DNA of 64,000 bases from a virus. The notes beneath the pieces were generated by a model. That model saw nothing but the letters and a program-made list of their open reading frames with translations, did no database searches and had not been told where the DNA came from. The position numbers were made by a program, and so were the translations under genes. Positions 8,752 through 17,048 of the stretch are shown here, in pieces (position 1 is the stretch's first letter; the number at the start of each line of letters is the position of its first letter). Location of the stretch: IMG/VR virus record IMGVR_UViG_3300003886_000001, positions 55,666 through 119,665 of that record; one strand, written 5' to 3'.

Positions 8752-9051
8752 CTAGATTTGCTCATTTATTGAGATGGACGGTAAAGCCTGCTCTTCTAGC
8801 TCACCCATGTCTTGATAATTCAGGACCTCCAAGTTGTACAAAATGTTAACATTAAAACCTGCAACATCTTGTACTACCCATTCGGGGAATGCCGCGCTTC
8901 TTCCATCCTTAAGGTTGATTATCAATCCCCGAGGCACCTTAAAGGCTCGGACAGGGGGCGCCCCTTTATGTACTAAAACATGAATAGTGGCTGGCGAGGA
9001 GATTCTTGAGTATACTTCCTTAAGTTCGCTTTTTAATTCAGGCAGCGTCAT
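8752..9051 (-). CDS. Hypothetical protein
   Basis: 99-aa ORF with ATGA overlap to upstream gene. Confidence 0.65.
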   Translation of the reverse strand: MTLPELKSELKEVYSRISSPATIHVLVHKGAPPVRAFKVPRGLIINLKDGRSAAFPEWVVQDVAGFNVNILYNLEVLNYQDMGELEEQALPSISINEQI

Positions 9052-9467
9052 GGGCGCAACACCTTCTCTTCGCCTGCCGTGACCGTAGCCTTCCGGCTAC
9101 CATTAAGAAACTCTACTTTATCAACTGCAACTGTGACCGTAGGGCGGCGGTTGTCCTTATGGGACTTCACCGTATAAGCATACTCTCCGGTCATACTGGT
9201 AGACTTTACGACCCCGACGCTAAGAAAGTCCAGCGGACGACTAGGGTCCTGGGCATATTCCCCGGCCAGGTATACAACGAACTTGGCGGCAAGGTAAGGG
9301 GCATCATGGAATCGCGTATCTTTGGTTTCTGCCTCCACTTTGTCAAAGAAACCCTTGAATACATGAACCATTTCTTCGGGGTAGCCGTCCCAGTGCTTGT
9401 AGATAGTACCACCATTAGGTGCGAATGTTACTCGACAAGGGGTAGACATTTTAAGTTTCCTTTCCAA
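9048..9467 (-). CDS. Conserved phage protein with YxHWDGYP motif
   Basis: TIYKHWDGYPEEM; true start may be MSTPC near 9449. Confidence 0.75.
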   Translation of the reverse strand: MERKLKMSTPCRVTFAPNGGTIYKHWDGYPEEMVHVFKGFFDKVEAETKDTRFHDAPYLAAKFVVYLAGEYAQDPSRPLDFLSVGVVKSTSMTGEYAYTVKSHKDNRRPTVTVAVDKVEFLNGSRKATVTAGEEKVLRP

Positions 9468-9473
9468 AGAAAG

Positions 9474-9662
9474 TCACTTGGCTTCAATTGTTACGCTGTA
9501 GTCTCCACTTTCGATGATGTTGTCTAAAAGGTCGTCCATGTTTGACGTATCTATTGCAATCATCTCATCTAGTACCCCTTGAGTCACTTTTTCCGGGGCT
9601 TTTGTAAAGTAGCCAGAGGGGTTGGCCTCGTATTCGTGAGTAAGGGTAAGCTTAAACACCAT
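9474..9662 (-). CDS. Small acidic hypothetical protein
   Basis: 62-aa ORF in operon. Confidence 0.6.
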   Translation of the reverse strand: MVFKLTLTHEYEANPSGYFTKAPEKVTQGVLDEMIAIDTSNMDDLLDNIIESGDYSVTIEAK

Positions 9663-9807
9663 CTTTATCTATCAACCTCTCTAGTCTCAAGCCTTCTTTA
9701 AGCACCTGTCGAGCCTTTCCTCGGACCTCTTGCAAAAGGGCCATGACCCGCTTTTTTCCGTAGTCTTGTCCAAACTTCCTTTTATGTGTCTTTCCCATGT
9801 CCTTATC

Positions 9808-10482
9808 CTACTTGTCCTGACGATGAGAAAGATGTGAAGTTACACGTAGTCTCCCGCGACCGTGGGCCTTGAACCCAACCGTTAGGGAACGATTTGGCTT
9901 GAAGCAGAGGCGGCATTTATCGCAGGTCATGCCAACGGTCTGGTTCGGACATACTACCACGTCACCGAAACGCTTCCCTTTAATATCATATGGCAACACT
10001 ATGACGGTATCCCAACCTGCTGCACGAGCTTCCTTTACCTCTTCCGGTTGCTCGCAGGAAGCGCTTAATGTCAAGTTTTCGGGGAACACAAACCGCTTAC
10101 GGTCAATGACCCGCCATGCATGAGTGTACCCATACATCTTTACGTCGGGGCGCTCTTTGGCCCCGAGGATGATAGCGTCAAGGTAGTCTACGTCTAGGTC
10201 GCCATCCGCCATAACATCGCCGGATACATGTAGCCGAAGGGCGGCCCCGTGGGGAATCCTCTTCAATTCCCGGAGAAAGACTTTACCGTCTTCCGTAGAG
10301 TAAGTGCCTATACTCTGTAGTCTTACATTGCCAAATTGCGCATAGCAGCCATTGTTCAACAGGCTACAATTAGTGGGGCAAGACGTACCAACTTCACGAT
10401 AGGTAGCGTAGAATGGGAGATGCTTGTTGTTGCCTACAAGTTTTCTGTTAGCTGTAGGCTTGAGTGTTACTCGGAGTGCCAT
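9808..10482 (-). CDS. Cys-rich radical-SAM-related phage protein (gp88-like)
   Basis: SCPTNCSLLNNGCYA, RLHVSGD, YGYTHAW, CPNQ..TCDKCRLC. Confidence 0.7.
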   Translation of the reverse strand: MALRVTLKPTANRKLVGNNKHLPFYATYREVGTSCPTNCSLLNNGCYAQFGNVRLQSIGTYSTEDGKVFLRELKRIPHGAALRLHVSGDVMADGDLDVDYLDAIILGAKERPDVKMYGYTHAWRVIDRKRFVFPENLTLSASCEQPEEVKEARAAGWDTVIVLPYDIKGKRFGDVVVCPNQTVGMTCDKCRLCFKPNRSLTVGFKAHGRGRLRVTSHLSHRQDK

Positions 10483-10488
10483 GGATAA

Positions 10489-10553
10489 ATAATAGCGTTA
10501 AATAGTCTGAGAAGCATGAGACTAATCTTTCTCATTAACTATCAGACTAAAAT
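10489..10553. promoter_or_regulatory. Back-to-back divergent TCTCA-N12 leaderless promoters
   Basis: Minus: TCTCAG 10507-12 / TATTAT 10489-94 / ATG 10482. Plus: TAATCTTTCTCAT 10523-35 / TAAAAT 10548-53 / ATG 10559. Confidence 0.75.
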
Positions 10554-10558
10554 AGAGC

Positions 10559-11050
10559 ATGGAGCAGAAAAAGGCCGTCACCCTTGCCCGGAAGTTAATG
10601 AACCAACATGGTCTAGATACATTAACGCTCAAGATAAGTAGTAGTAAACGAACCTTGGGAACCTATCAGTACAGAACAAGCGCACGTGGCGTTCACGAAC
10701 CCGTGCAGATTAAGCTGTCAAAATATTGGTTAAAAATATTGGATGAGGACCAAGTACGGGACACAGTGTTGCATGAGATTGCCCATGCGCTGACCCCTGA
10801 CCATGGCCATGACCATGTCTGGCAACAGATGGCCCGGAAACTAGGAGTTTCTCCATCTCGTACGGCCCACGATGTTCCGGTAGAAGTACAGAAACGCCTT
10901 CGCCAGAGCGTGGCAAAATACGTCGCCATCTGTGAGACCGACCCATCCCATCGGTATTATTTTAATCGTATGGGGAAATTATGGTCCGCCGGAGCATACC
11001 GCTGTCACTGCGGAGGCCGTTATCATGTTTCTCATAATTCTTCGGGATAA
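10559..11050 (+). CDS. SprT-like metalloprotease
   Basis: VRDTVLHEIAHAL..HGHDHVWQQMARKLG; C-terminal Cys pairs. Confidence 0.9.
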   Translation: MEQKKAVTLARKLMNQHGLDTLTLKISSSKRTLGTYQYRTSARGVHEPVQIKLSKYWLKILDEDQVRDTVLHEIAHALTPDHGHDHVWQQMARKLGVSPSRTAHDVPVEVQKRLRQSVAKYVAICETDPSHRYYFNRMGKLWSAGAYRCHCGGRYHVSHNSSG

Positions 11051-11053
11051 GAT
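11030..11053 (+). promoter_or_regulatory. TCTCAT-N12-TAAGAT leaderless promoter
   Basis: ATG follows 6 nt later at 11060. Confidence 0.65.
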
Positions 11054-11059
11054 AAAGAC

Positions 11060-11179
11060 ATGGAACAGACACTCAAGCGCTTGGCTCGTGACTATTATAG
11101 GCACAATTGCCCCCTCCCTGATTACCTACTGGCTGTAATCACCCGTTCTCCTCTTCCTTACGGTTTTTCCTCCCCATGA
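11060..11179 (+). CDS. Small protein (39 aa, not in ORF track)
   Basis: MEQTLKRLARDYYRHNCPLPDYLLAVITRSPLPYGFSSP; ATGA overlap with next gene. Confidence 0.6.
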   Translation: MEQTLKRLARDYYRHNCPLPDYLLAVITRSPLPYGFSSP

Positions 11180-11547
11180 CTTCTATAACGTTTCTTGGAG
11201 AGGTACCTAAACCTGCTCGTCAAATTGGATTAGATGTGTTATCCGGAGAGTTATGGGTAACCTGGAACCAGAGGAAGACATCGACTCAAAAGGAATGCTT
11301 ACGTAAGGCCGGGATAGAGCCGCATAAGTTTGACTGGGCAATCCTGTGGTGGGGAATTGAAGAAGTATTACCCCCAAAGGAATTGAAGACTTTACTCCGG
11401 TCGATTAAGCCACACATACAGATTCTGTTGGATAATTATAAGCTTGTAAAAGATGCGGCTGGAAACAATAAAGTTGACCTTCCAGACGGCCCCGCGAGCG
11501 CCGCTTACTACGCCATCTGTGACCTATGCGATAGCACCTACTTATAA
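11176..11547 (+). CDS. Paralog family A protein
   Basis: IGLDVLSGEL..LWWGI..TLLRSIKPHIQILLD..AICDLC. Confidence 0.8.
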   Translation: MTSITFLGEVPKPARQIGLDVLSGELWVTWNQRKTSTQKECLRKAGIEPHKFDWAILWWGIEEVLPPKELKTLLRSIKPHIQILLDNYKLVKDAAGNNKVDLPDGPASAAYYAICDLCDSTYL

Positions 11548-11548
11548 T

Positions 11549-11572
11549 TCTCATCTTTAACGGTGCTATTGT
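11549..11572 (+). promoter_or_regulatory. TCTCAT-N12-TATTGT promoter
   Basis: Followed by an AGGAGG leader to 11593. Confidence 0.65.
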
Positions 11573-11592
11573 ATGGGTAGGAGGAAAATACC

Positions 11593-11901
11593 ATGAAGTC
11601 GGTGAATGTGATTGCGCCTTCTGAGCTGGAAGACCATTATGTTATACTGGACTACGAGACTGGAAACTTGTCTGTAGGGTCTGGTAAAAATACCGGTATT
11701 GCTACGATTTGGAAGATTCATAAGGACTTGTCAACGCCTGCTTTGAAGATGCTTTTGCAGGATATTAAACCCTATGCACAGCAGGTGCTTGATGGTTCAC
11801 ACCCGGAGCCCGTCCTGGTTGTAATGACCAAAGAAGCGGTTCGGGCAGAAGCTGATATCTCCATCCTATGCGCGGAAGTGAGCGGCTATGAGGATTGTTA
11901 A
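11593..11901 (+). CDS. Paralog family A protein
   Basis: VILDYETGNL..IWKI..MLLQDIKPYAQQVLDG..ISILC. Confidence 0.8.
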   Translation: MKSVNVIAPSELEDHYVILDYETGNLSVGSGKNTGIATIWKIHKDLSTPALKMLLQDIKPYAQQVLDGSHPEPVLVVMTKEAVRAEADISILCAEVSGYEDC

Positions 11902-12070
11902 ACATGGTAGAGAGTAAACCCGTGACAGGACCATACTTGCCTAGCGGTCCTGTTGCCGCCGCTTTGGAGATTTGTATTCCCTTGATGAAGAAAATGACCA
12001 AAGAAGCGGTTCGAGCAGAAGCTGATATCTCCATCCTATGCGCGGAAGTGAGCGGCTATGAGGATTGTTA
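11823..12070 (+). repeat. 78-bp direct repeat (11823-11900 and 11993-12070, one mismatch)
   Basis: AATGACCAAAGAAGCGGTTCG(G/A)GCAGAAGCTGATATCTCC...GAGGATTGTTA occurs twice, 170 bp apart. Confidence 0.95.
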
Positions 12071-12071
12071 G
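11904..12071 (+). pseudogene. Chimeric remnant of neighbouring family A genes (55 codons)
   Basis: VESKPVTGPYLP and PLMKKMT resemble IEGKPFIGLYLP and PLIKKMT of 12058; C-terminus identical to that of 11593. Confidence 0.6.
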
Positions 12072-12642
12072 ACGTACAGCCCCAATAGAAGGTAAACCCT
12101 TTATAGGGTTATATTTGCCTGGTAGCATTCTTTCGTGTTATAGCCTTTGTTCTGACCCAGCTAGTTTGTCCTACGACTTATTTGCTGATTCAGCTATATG
12201 GGACCGTTTTCAGCTGAATTGGGAAGTCGGGCCTCTAACCCTAAGTGGTATTAACCAGTTAATGGAGGATATTTCCGACCTGGCACAGATAATTGTGGAT
12301 GGCTCCGTGTTGGACTTTGACAACGAGACGGTTATAAGTACGGCGCCGGCTACCACTGCCATAAAAGAGATTAAAAAGGTTTGTAGGGATACTTTTCCTT
12401 CCCCTTATCCCTTGATAAAAAAAATGACGACAAAGTCATGGATAACCAGTATCCTACCTTGTCTTGATGATATTAAGGCATACACAGTTGTAGAGAAGTT
12501 GAAAGAGTGTAATAGAGACTATCACTTCCTCTTGGAATTGGAGACTGATATTGAGTCGCTATTAGGGGAGGGTATAGTGTTACTGGACCTTCCTGACTAC
12601 CTACAAGGAATGCACGATAGGATGGTGTGTAATGCAATATAG
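12058..12642 (+). CDS. Paralog family A protein, long form
   Basis: LNWEVGPLTLSGINQLMEDISDLAQIIVDG..IKKVC; C-terminal LLDLPDYLQ. Confidence 0.8.
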   Translation: MRIVRRTAPIEGKPFIGLYLPGSILSCYSLCSDPASLSYDLFADSAIWDRFQLNWEVGPLTLSGINQLMEDISDLAQIIVDGSVLDFDNETVISTAPATTAIKEIKKVCRDTFPSPYPLIKKMTTKSWITSILPCLDDIKAYTVVEKLKECNRDYHFLLELETDIESLLGEGIVLLDLPDYLQGMHDRMVCNAI

Positions 12643-12793
12643 TATTATCCCTCAAGACCATGGGTTTATCGCGGTTTGCGAGGAATACCCTTCTCTATCG
12701 GCATTTGGAGCTACGGAAGCGGAGGCCCTTACCGAGCTTGAAGGGCTAGTAGAAACCGCTATTGAAATTTATGAGGAAGAAGGCTGGGAGTAA
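12632..12793 (+). CDS. Stand-alone HicB-like antitoxin-fold protein (53 aa, not in ORF track)
   Basis: MQYSIIPQDHGFIAVCEEYPSLSAFGATEAEALTELEGLVETAIEIYEEEGWE. Confidence 0.75.
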   Translation: MQYSIIPQDHGFIAVCEEYPSLSAFGATEAEALTELEGLVETAIEIYEEEGWE

Positions 12794-13386
12794 TGGTTAC
12801 TGCTATACCAAAGAAAAGGTCACTATTGAGCTTTGACGGTAATATCCCACGAAAATGTCATGTACTCCTCGATACCCTCGCGCAGGAATTGTGGGCTACT
12901 GACGCAGTTGTTAGTGACCTTTTACTTCCTAATCTTAAATGGGAAATTGCTCCATTAACTGCGGATGGAACAAACGCACTGTTGAGGGATATTACCGAGG
13001 CGGCCCAGGAAATAGTAGACGGGGCTACCATAGATAAAAATGAATTACATCTTACAACCTCCGCTCTTATGGCGCAAGGAGATATCCTTAATCTCTGTAT
13101 TCGCACATTTGACTCCCCCTATGAAAGGGCAAAATGGGTAACCGCCGAAAAATGGATGGCTACGACGCTAGTGGGAATGTCCAAGTATGACCGTAACGCT
13201 CTTTTACTAATTGAGGACCTTCATAACCTAAAGGGCCATACCTACAACTACCTGGTAAGCCTAGAGGAAGCTGTCTACGAGCTTGTAGCGGAGGATACCA
13301 CGTTGGTAGGACTAGAAGACTATCTACAGGCACAGTATCGCAAAGCGTTGTTTTCGGACGTAGAGAGATGTCTACATGAAGCTTGA
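12793..13386 (+). CDS. Paralog family A protein, long form
   Basis: VLLDTLAQEL..LKWEIAPLTADGTNALLRDITEAAQEIVDG..ILNLC; C-terminal LVGLEDYLQ. Confidence 0.8.
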   Translation: MVTAIPKKRSLLSFDGNIPRKCHVLLDTLAQELWATDAVVSDLLLPNLKWEIAPLTADGTNALLRDITEAAQEIVDGATIDKNELHLTTSALMAQGDILNLCIRTFDSPYERAKWVTAEKWMATTLVGMSKYDRNALLLIEDLHNLKGHTYNYLVSLEEAVYELVAEDTTLVGLEDYLQAQYRKALFSDVERCLHEA

Positions 13387-14032
13387 ATTGCTACCTGAGA
13401 CATATCATTTACCGAAGAGCTATGATGACCCAGCACAACCATATGTTCAACTGGACCTAAATTTGGGAAGATTAACAATTGTACTAAAGGACCGGCCGGA
13501 TGAAAAAAGAGTGCTTCTCGGGAGTAACGCAACGGTACGTGAATGGCAAATTGCAGTGTTTTCGGTTGCGGCCGCTAATGCATTATTGAGGAAGATACAG
13601 CCATTTGCACAAGAGCTATTAAATAACATTGAGCCCAGCTACACGTTTAACGGGGCTGGGGAAAGGGCCTGGAAGAATATTGACCACCATTGCAAACTCA
13701 CCTTTACGACGATGGAGGGATATGGTGTTCACCTCAACTTTCGAGTGGAAGAAGTCGGGGACTATTATCGCTACGTTATCTTGAAGAACACTGGGATTTT
13801 TACCGCTTTGGCAATTCTTGATGATGAGACTAAAACTGACATAGTAGAGCATCATACTTTAATGTGGACGACAAGGGGGTTAAACACGGCAGAAACTAAT
13901 GACCTGCTCAAGGAGTTATCAGTCTTTGCTATGAAGCTATTGACAATCGGACTTGTAGATGATACATTTGCAGAGTGGAGTTCCGAATACGCCGAGGTTA
14001 TCGAAGCTGTATGTTCCGCCGCTGGACTTTAA
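13376..14032 (+). CDS. Paralog family A protein with two tandem domains
   Basis: VQLDLNLGRL..EWQI..ALLRKIQPFAQELLN..IDHHC, then VILKNTGIF..MWTT..DLLKELSVFAMKLL..IEAVC. Confidence 0.75.
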   Translation: MKLELLPETYHLPKSYDDPAQPYVQLDLNLGRLTIVLKDRPDEKRVLLGSNATVREWQIAVFSVAAANALLRKIQPFAQELLNNIEPSYTFNGAGERAWKNIDHHCKLTFTTMEGYGVHLNFRVEEVGDYYRYVILKNTGIFTALAILDDETKTDIVEHHTLMWTTRGLNTAETNDLLKELSVFAMKLLTIGLVDDTFAEWSSEYAEVIEAVCSAAGL

Positions 14033-14076
14033 CATCCCCTATGTTATAGTCCACCCATCATGTTAAAGGAGGAGAT

Positions 14077-14349
14077 ATGAAGGTTAAGGTGTTGCACGAA
14101 AGTGGCCGCGTTCTTCAACTTGACATGAGCACTGCGGAGCTTTCCATTCAAACGGGTTCCACCTTTGAGAAAAACTATACGCTCCTAGCCCGTTTGCGTT
14201 GGCCCATCACTACTACTAAGCATAGCGAATCTCTTCTCATGGAGGCTGCTGGTTTCGCACAAGTGCTCATTGATTGTCACGAGGCTGGGGATATCACACG
14301 CCAAGTGGCCTCTGACGCACGAAAAGCAATTCATGGACTTTGTAAATAA
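14077..14349 (+). CDS. Paralog family A protein
   Basis: MKVKV..LQLDMSTAEL..LRW..LLMEAAGFAQVLID..AIHGLC. Confidence 0.8.
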   Translation: MKVKVLHESGRVLQLDMSTAELSIQTGSTFEKNYTLLARLRWPITTTKHSESLLMEAAGFAQVLIDCHEAGDITRQVASDARKAIHGLCK

Positions 14350-14377
14350 GCATATCAAGAGATTTAAAGGAGGAAAG

Positions 14378-14452
14378 ATGAAGGTTAAAGAAGAAGAGAT
14401 GAAGGTTAAAGAAGAAGAGATGAAGGTTAAAGAAGAAGAGATGAAGGTTAAA
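14378..14452 (+). repeat. 21-bp tandem repeat x3 plus a partial copy
   Basis: ATGAAGGTTAAAGAAGAAGAG at 14378, 14399 and 14420; ATGAAGGTTAAAG at 14441. Confidence 0.98.
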
Positions 14453-14701
14453 GTGGAACATGTCACATATATTTCCCTCTCACACGAAACCGGTATCCTT
14501 TGTGGGACGGATGGGTACCAGGCAACGATGTGGGGATGGGCTACGAATACAAAGAACAGCGAGGCCTTACTTAATGCTATCTCAGGGTTTGCCCAGATTC
14601 TCTTAGATACATACAAATACGAGACGAACCCAATAATGTTACGAGCCTATAATTTGGCGGATTCGGCGATAGAGGCACTATGTCTGGAAAAAAACACATG
14701 A
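14378..14701 (+). CDS. Paralog family A protein with MKVKEEE x3 N-terminus
   Basis: Start 14378 after AAAGGAGG; ISLSHETGIL..WGW..LLNAISGFAQILLD..AIEALC. Confidence 0.8.
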   Translation: MKVKEEEMKVKEEEMKVKEEEMKVKVEHVTYISLSHETGILCGTDGYQATMWGWATNTKNSEALLNAISGFAQILLDTYKYETNPIMLRAYNLADSAIEALCLEKNT

Positions 14702-14967
14702 AGGTCAAAGTAGAAAATGAGGTTAACTTTATCTCCCTTTCGTCGGAGGATGGTCTTCTCCGTGGCGGGATGGAGTCACAGGCAAATCACTTTACGTGGG
14801 AGTGGCCTACAACTACAAAGGACGCCTACACCCTGTTTACTGTTATTAAGGGGTTTGCACAGAGTCTCTTGGACCTGGACGAGCTTGAAGATAGTGCCCT
14901 TGCAACGCTGGCTCTTGACCTGGCAGACCAGGCGATAGAAAGACTATGTCTGGAACACAATGATTAA
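14698..14967 (+). CDS. Paralog family A protein
   Basis: MKVKV..ISLSSEDGLL..WEW..LFTVIKGFAQSLLD..AIERLC; start 14698 by ATGA overlap. Confidence 0.8.
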   Translation: MKVKVENEVNFISLSSEDGLLRGGMESQANHFTWEWPTTTKDAYTLFTVIKGFAQSLLDLDELEDSALATLALDLADQAIERLCLEHND

Positions 14968-15469
14968 CGACACTTCAGCCTTCAGCGCGGCATCCTATCT
15001 AGCCTACAAAGGAGCGTACCCGCTCCTTATTGAACCCACTGGGCGCGTGACAGCAACGGATGGCTATATGTTCTTTACCCACGAGGGGTGCCTAAGTGAC
15101 TGGGATACCACGCTCCTACTAGCACCTATCAAGAGACCCAAGATTCTCCGCTCGCAACGTGGCGTTAACCTGGAATTCCTGACGAACGGGTTTGGGTGGT
15201 CATTGACACAAAGTGGGACGATATTAAACAGTTTTAAGGTCAAGGAAAGACTACAGTTTCCAGATTATCACGTTCCCGAGCTTGATGCTACCTCTCCATT
15301 GAAGGGGGACTTCGTCCCTCTTAACGCCCGGCTAGTTGCTCCGGTACTTAACATCCTCATGTCGCCAAATGATAAAAGAGCGTTCGGGTGGTATAATGTA
15401 GACGAACTAGTGTTAAAGTGGGGTCACCCAAACTATGACTTGTACGTAAGAAAGCTTGTCTCCGCATAA
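14960..15469 (+). CDS. Hypothetical protein, possibly sliding-clamp (beta-clamp) fragment-like
   Basis: LLIEPTGRVTATDGYM and FPDY motifs. Confidence 0.55.
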   Translation: MINDTSAFSAASYLAYKGAYPLLIEPTGRVTATDGYMFFTHEGCLSDWDTTLLLAPIKRPKILRSQRGVNLEFLTNGFGWSLTQSGTILNSFKVKERLQFPDYHVPELDATSPLKGDFVPLNARLVAPVLNILMSPNDKRAFGWYNVDELVLKWGHPNYDLYVRKLVSA

Positions 15470-15733
15470 TGAATCTAGAGGACATAGACACTTTGTATAT
15501 GCTGTCCGGACTCAGCGGGGGTAACAATATTTCATATCGAGGACGGTCAAGGGTTACGCCTACAAGAGCACCTGTGGTCTGTATTAGGCGTTGTCCGCTT
15601 TATTGATAGGGGAACCGGTCGAGAGAATGCGACGGCCTTACAGCGGCATCTGGGGGCTCTCTGGGGCCGTCGATACGAACAAGTAAAGTCAGTTTTGGGT
15701 GAAGGTGATATCCGATTACACCTGAGACCATAA
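15469..15733 (+). pseudogene. ORF split by an apparent +1 frameshift at a G5 run
   Basis: ATG 15469 frame stops after 45 aa; the +1 frame from GGGGG 15517-21 is open to TAA 15733 with no own ATG. Confidence 0.4.
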
Positions 15734-15822
15734 AAAGGGGCTTTCTTCCGTTTCCGCGTCCCGTCACCGCGTACTCTGGTTTACTCGCCCGGTTAAACTA
15801 AGCCTAGTATAGACCATTTCCT

Positions 15823-16128
15823 CTATTTTGTCAAGTTTGGACTCCAAAGCTTCTGAGGGCCATCATAGACCTTTGCGTCACTGTCCTTCCGTGCTTCCTC
15901 TAGCCAGAGAGACGCCTTTATCTCGTCGGCAAACGGGATGATATAATTCTCCCCACGTACAAACTTCCCGTTTACTAACTTGGCGTATTTACTGTCGGGT
16001 CCACCAACGGCATCCAAAAATGCCTCATTCTCTACCTGGTCAAAGTACAGCACCTCGATAGAGTAGGCGTCACTATCAGTCGACCTATACACCTCCGCTA
16101 CAATGTTTTCTTCTTTAATCCCCCTCAT
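15823..16128 (-). CDS. Hypothetical protein
   Basis: 101-aa ORF; ATGA overlap with upstream gene. Confidence 0.7.
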   Translation of the reverse strand: MRGIKEENIVAEVYRSTDSDAYSIEVLYFDQVENEAFLDAVGGPDSKYAKLVNGKFVRGENYIIPFADEIKASLWLEEARKDSDAKVYDGPQKLWSPNLTK

Positions 16129-16412
16129 CTCTTATGCCCTCTTTCTACGCTAGCTAGCAGCGCGTCCATGGACTGTCCGGTCTTTCCCAGGCAGTCTTTT
16201 ACTACCCGGCCGTTAGCAGGGTAGACCGCAAACTCATCGTAGGCGTGGATGATGTCCTTGGCGTATACGTCGCCCATCTCATGTTCCCACCCGAAAACAT
16301 CTACGAGGACCAACTCGTCCTTGGCGCTCTTCATGGCCTTTCGTACCACGCCGGGCCAGCCGGTTATCAGGATAACAACATCGCCCTTCTGGAGCTTCTC
16401 TTTGGTATCCAT
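16125..16412 (-). CDS. SH3/KOW-like small phage protein (leaderless)
   Basis: LQKGDVVILITGWPGVV..VDVFG..GDVYAKDI. Confidence 0.7.
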   Translation of the reverse strand: MDTKEKLQKGDVVILITGWPGVVRKAMKSAKDELVLVDVFGWEHEMGDVYAKDIIHAYDEFAVYPANGRVVKDCLGKTGQSMDALLASVERGHKR

Positions 16413-16417
16413 ACGTT

Positions 16418-16448
16418 ATTTTACGTCCCTTCTGTATGAGAAGTATTA
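16418..16448 (-). promoter_or_regulatory. TAATACTTCTCAT-N12-TAAAAT leaderless promoter
   Basis: TCTCAT 16436-41, -10 at 16418-23, ATG 16412. Confidence 0.75.
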
Positions 16449-16577
16449 TCCTTTTCAAGGCATAAGTAAATCTGTAGATGCCATGTACCAAGGATGATGC
16501 GTCTATCATGCGGGCTGGCACATAGCAGTGCTTTTCCCAGTGCTACCAGGAAGGCATCCTCAGACTTCATCATAGCC

Positions 16578-17048
16578 TCAGCTTCTGTCATTCTCCGTTA
16601 CCTCAAAATCGCCCCCACAGACACTACAGCGATAGTAATTAGGGTTAGCCCAGTGTTTTCCCATCCGGTTGAAGTAAGTCCTATGCTCGGGGTTCTTTTG
16701 GCATACGGCTACGTACTTTGCCACCTTCTGCACTACGTCCCGTGTAATCTCCTCGGGAATACAGGAAGCGGTCCTCGTCGATGCAATACCAAGTTTTCTT
16801 GCTACCTGTTGCCATTCTTTCCCATGCTCTGCATCAGTGCTGCTTAACGCATGAGCTATCTCATGGAGTATGATGTACTTTACGTGCTCTGTGGGCAAAT
16901 TGGTTACCCACGGCTCCGACAAGCTGATTGTTCCCAAAAGGTAGTACCCCAGACAATGTTTCCCTTTGTTCCACGTTAAGGCTACGTCCTCTAGCCCGTT
17001 TTCGTCCATTAGCTTCCGGGCTAGTTTGGCGGCATGGCTCTTAAGCAT
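16578..17048 (-). CDS. SprT-like metalloprotease (paralog of 10559)
   Basis: YIILHEIAHAL..HGKEWQQVARKLG..VAKYVAVC. Confidence 0.9.
   Translation of the reverse strand: MLKSHAAKLARKLMDENGLEDVALTWNKGKHCLGYYLLGTISLSEPWVTNLPTEHVKYIILHEIAHALSSTDAEHGKEWQQVARKLGIASTRTASCIPEEITRDVVQKVAKYVAVCQKNPEHRTYFNRMGKHWANPNYYRCSVCGGDFEVTENDRS

Noticed and set aside
14270-14377. Extended N-terminus of the 14270..14701 ORF
   Set aside because: It overlaps 14077; the strong AAAGGAGG before 14378 marks the real start.
14185-14616. Minus-strand ORF with ISSSLTF repeats
   Set aside because: Antisense reading of the 21-bp repeat; the plus-strand frame matches family A.
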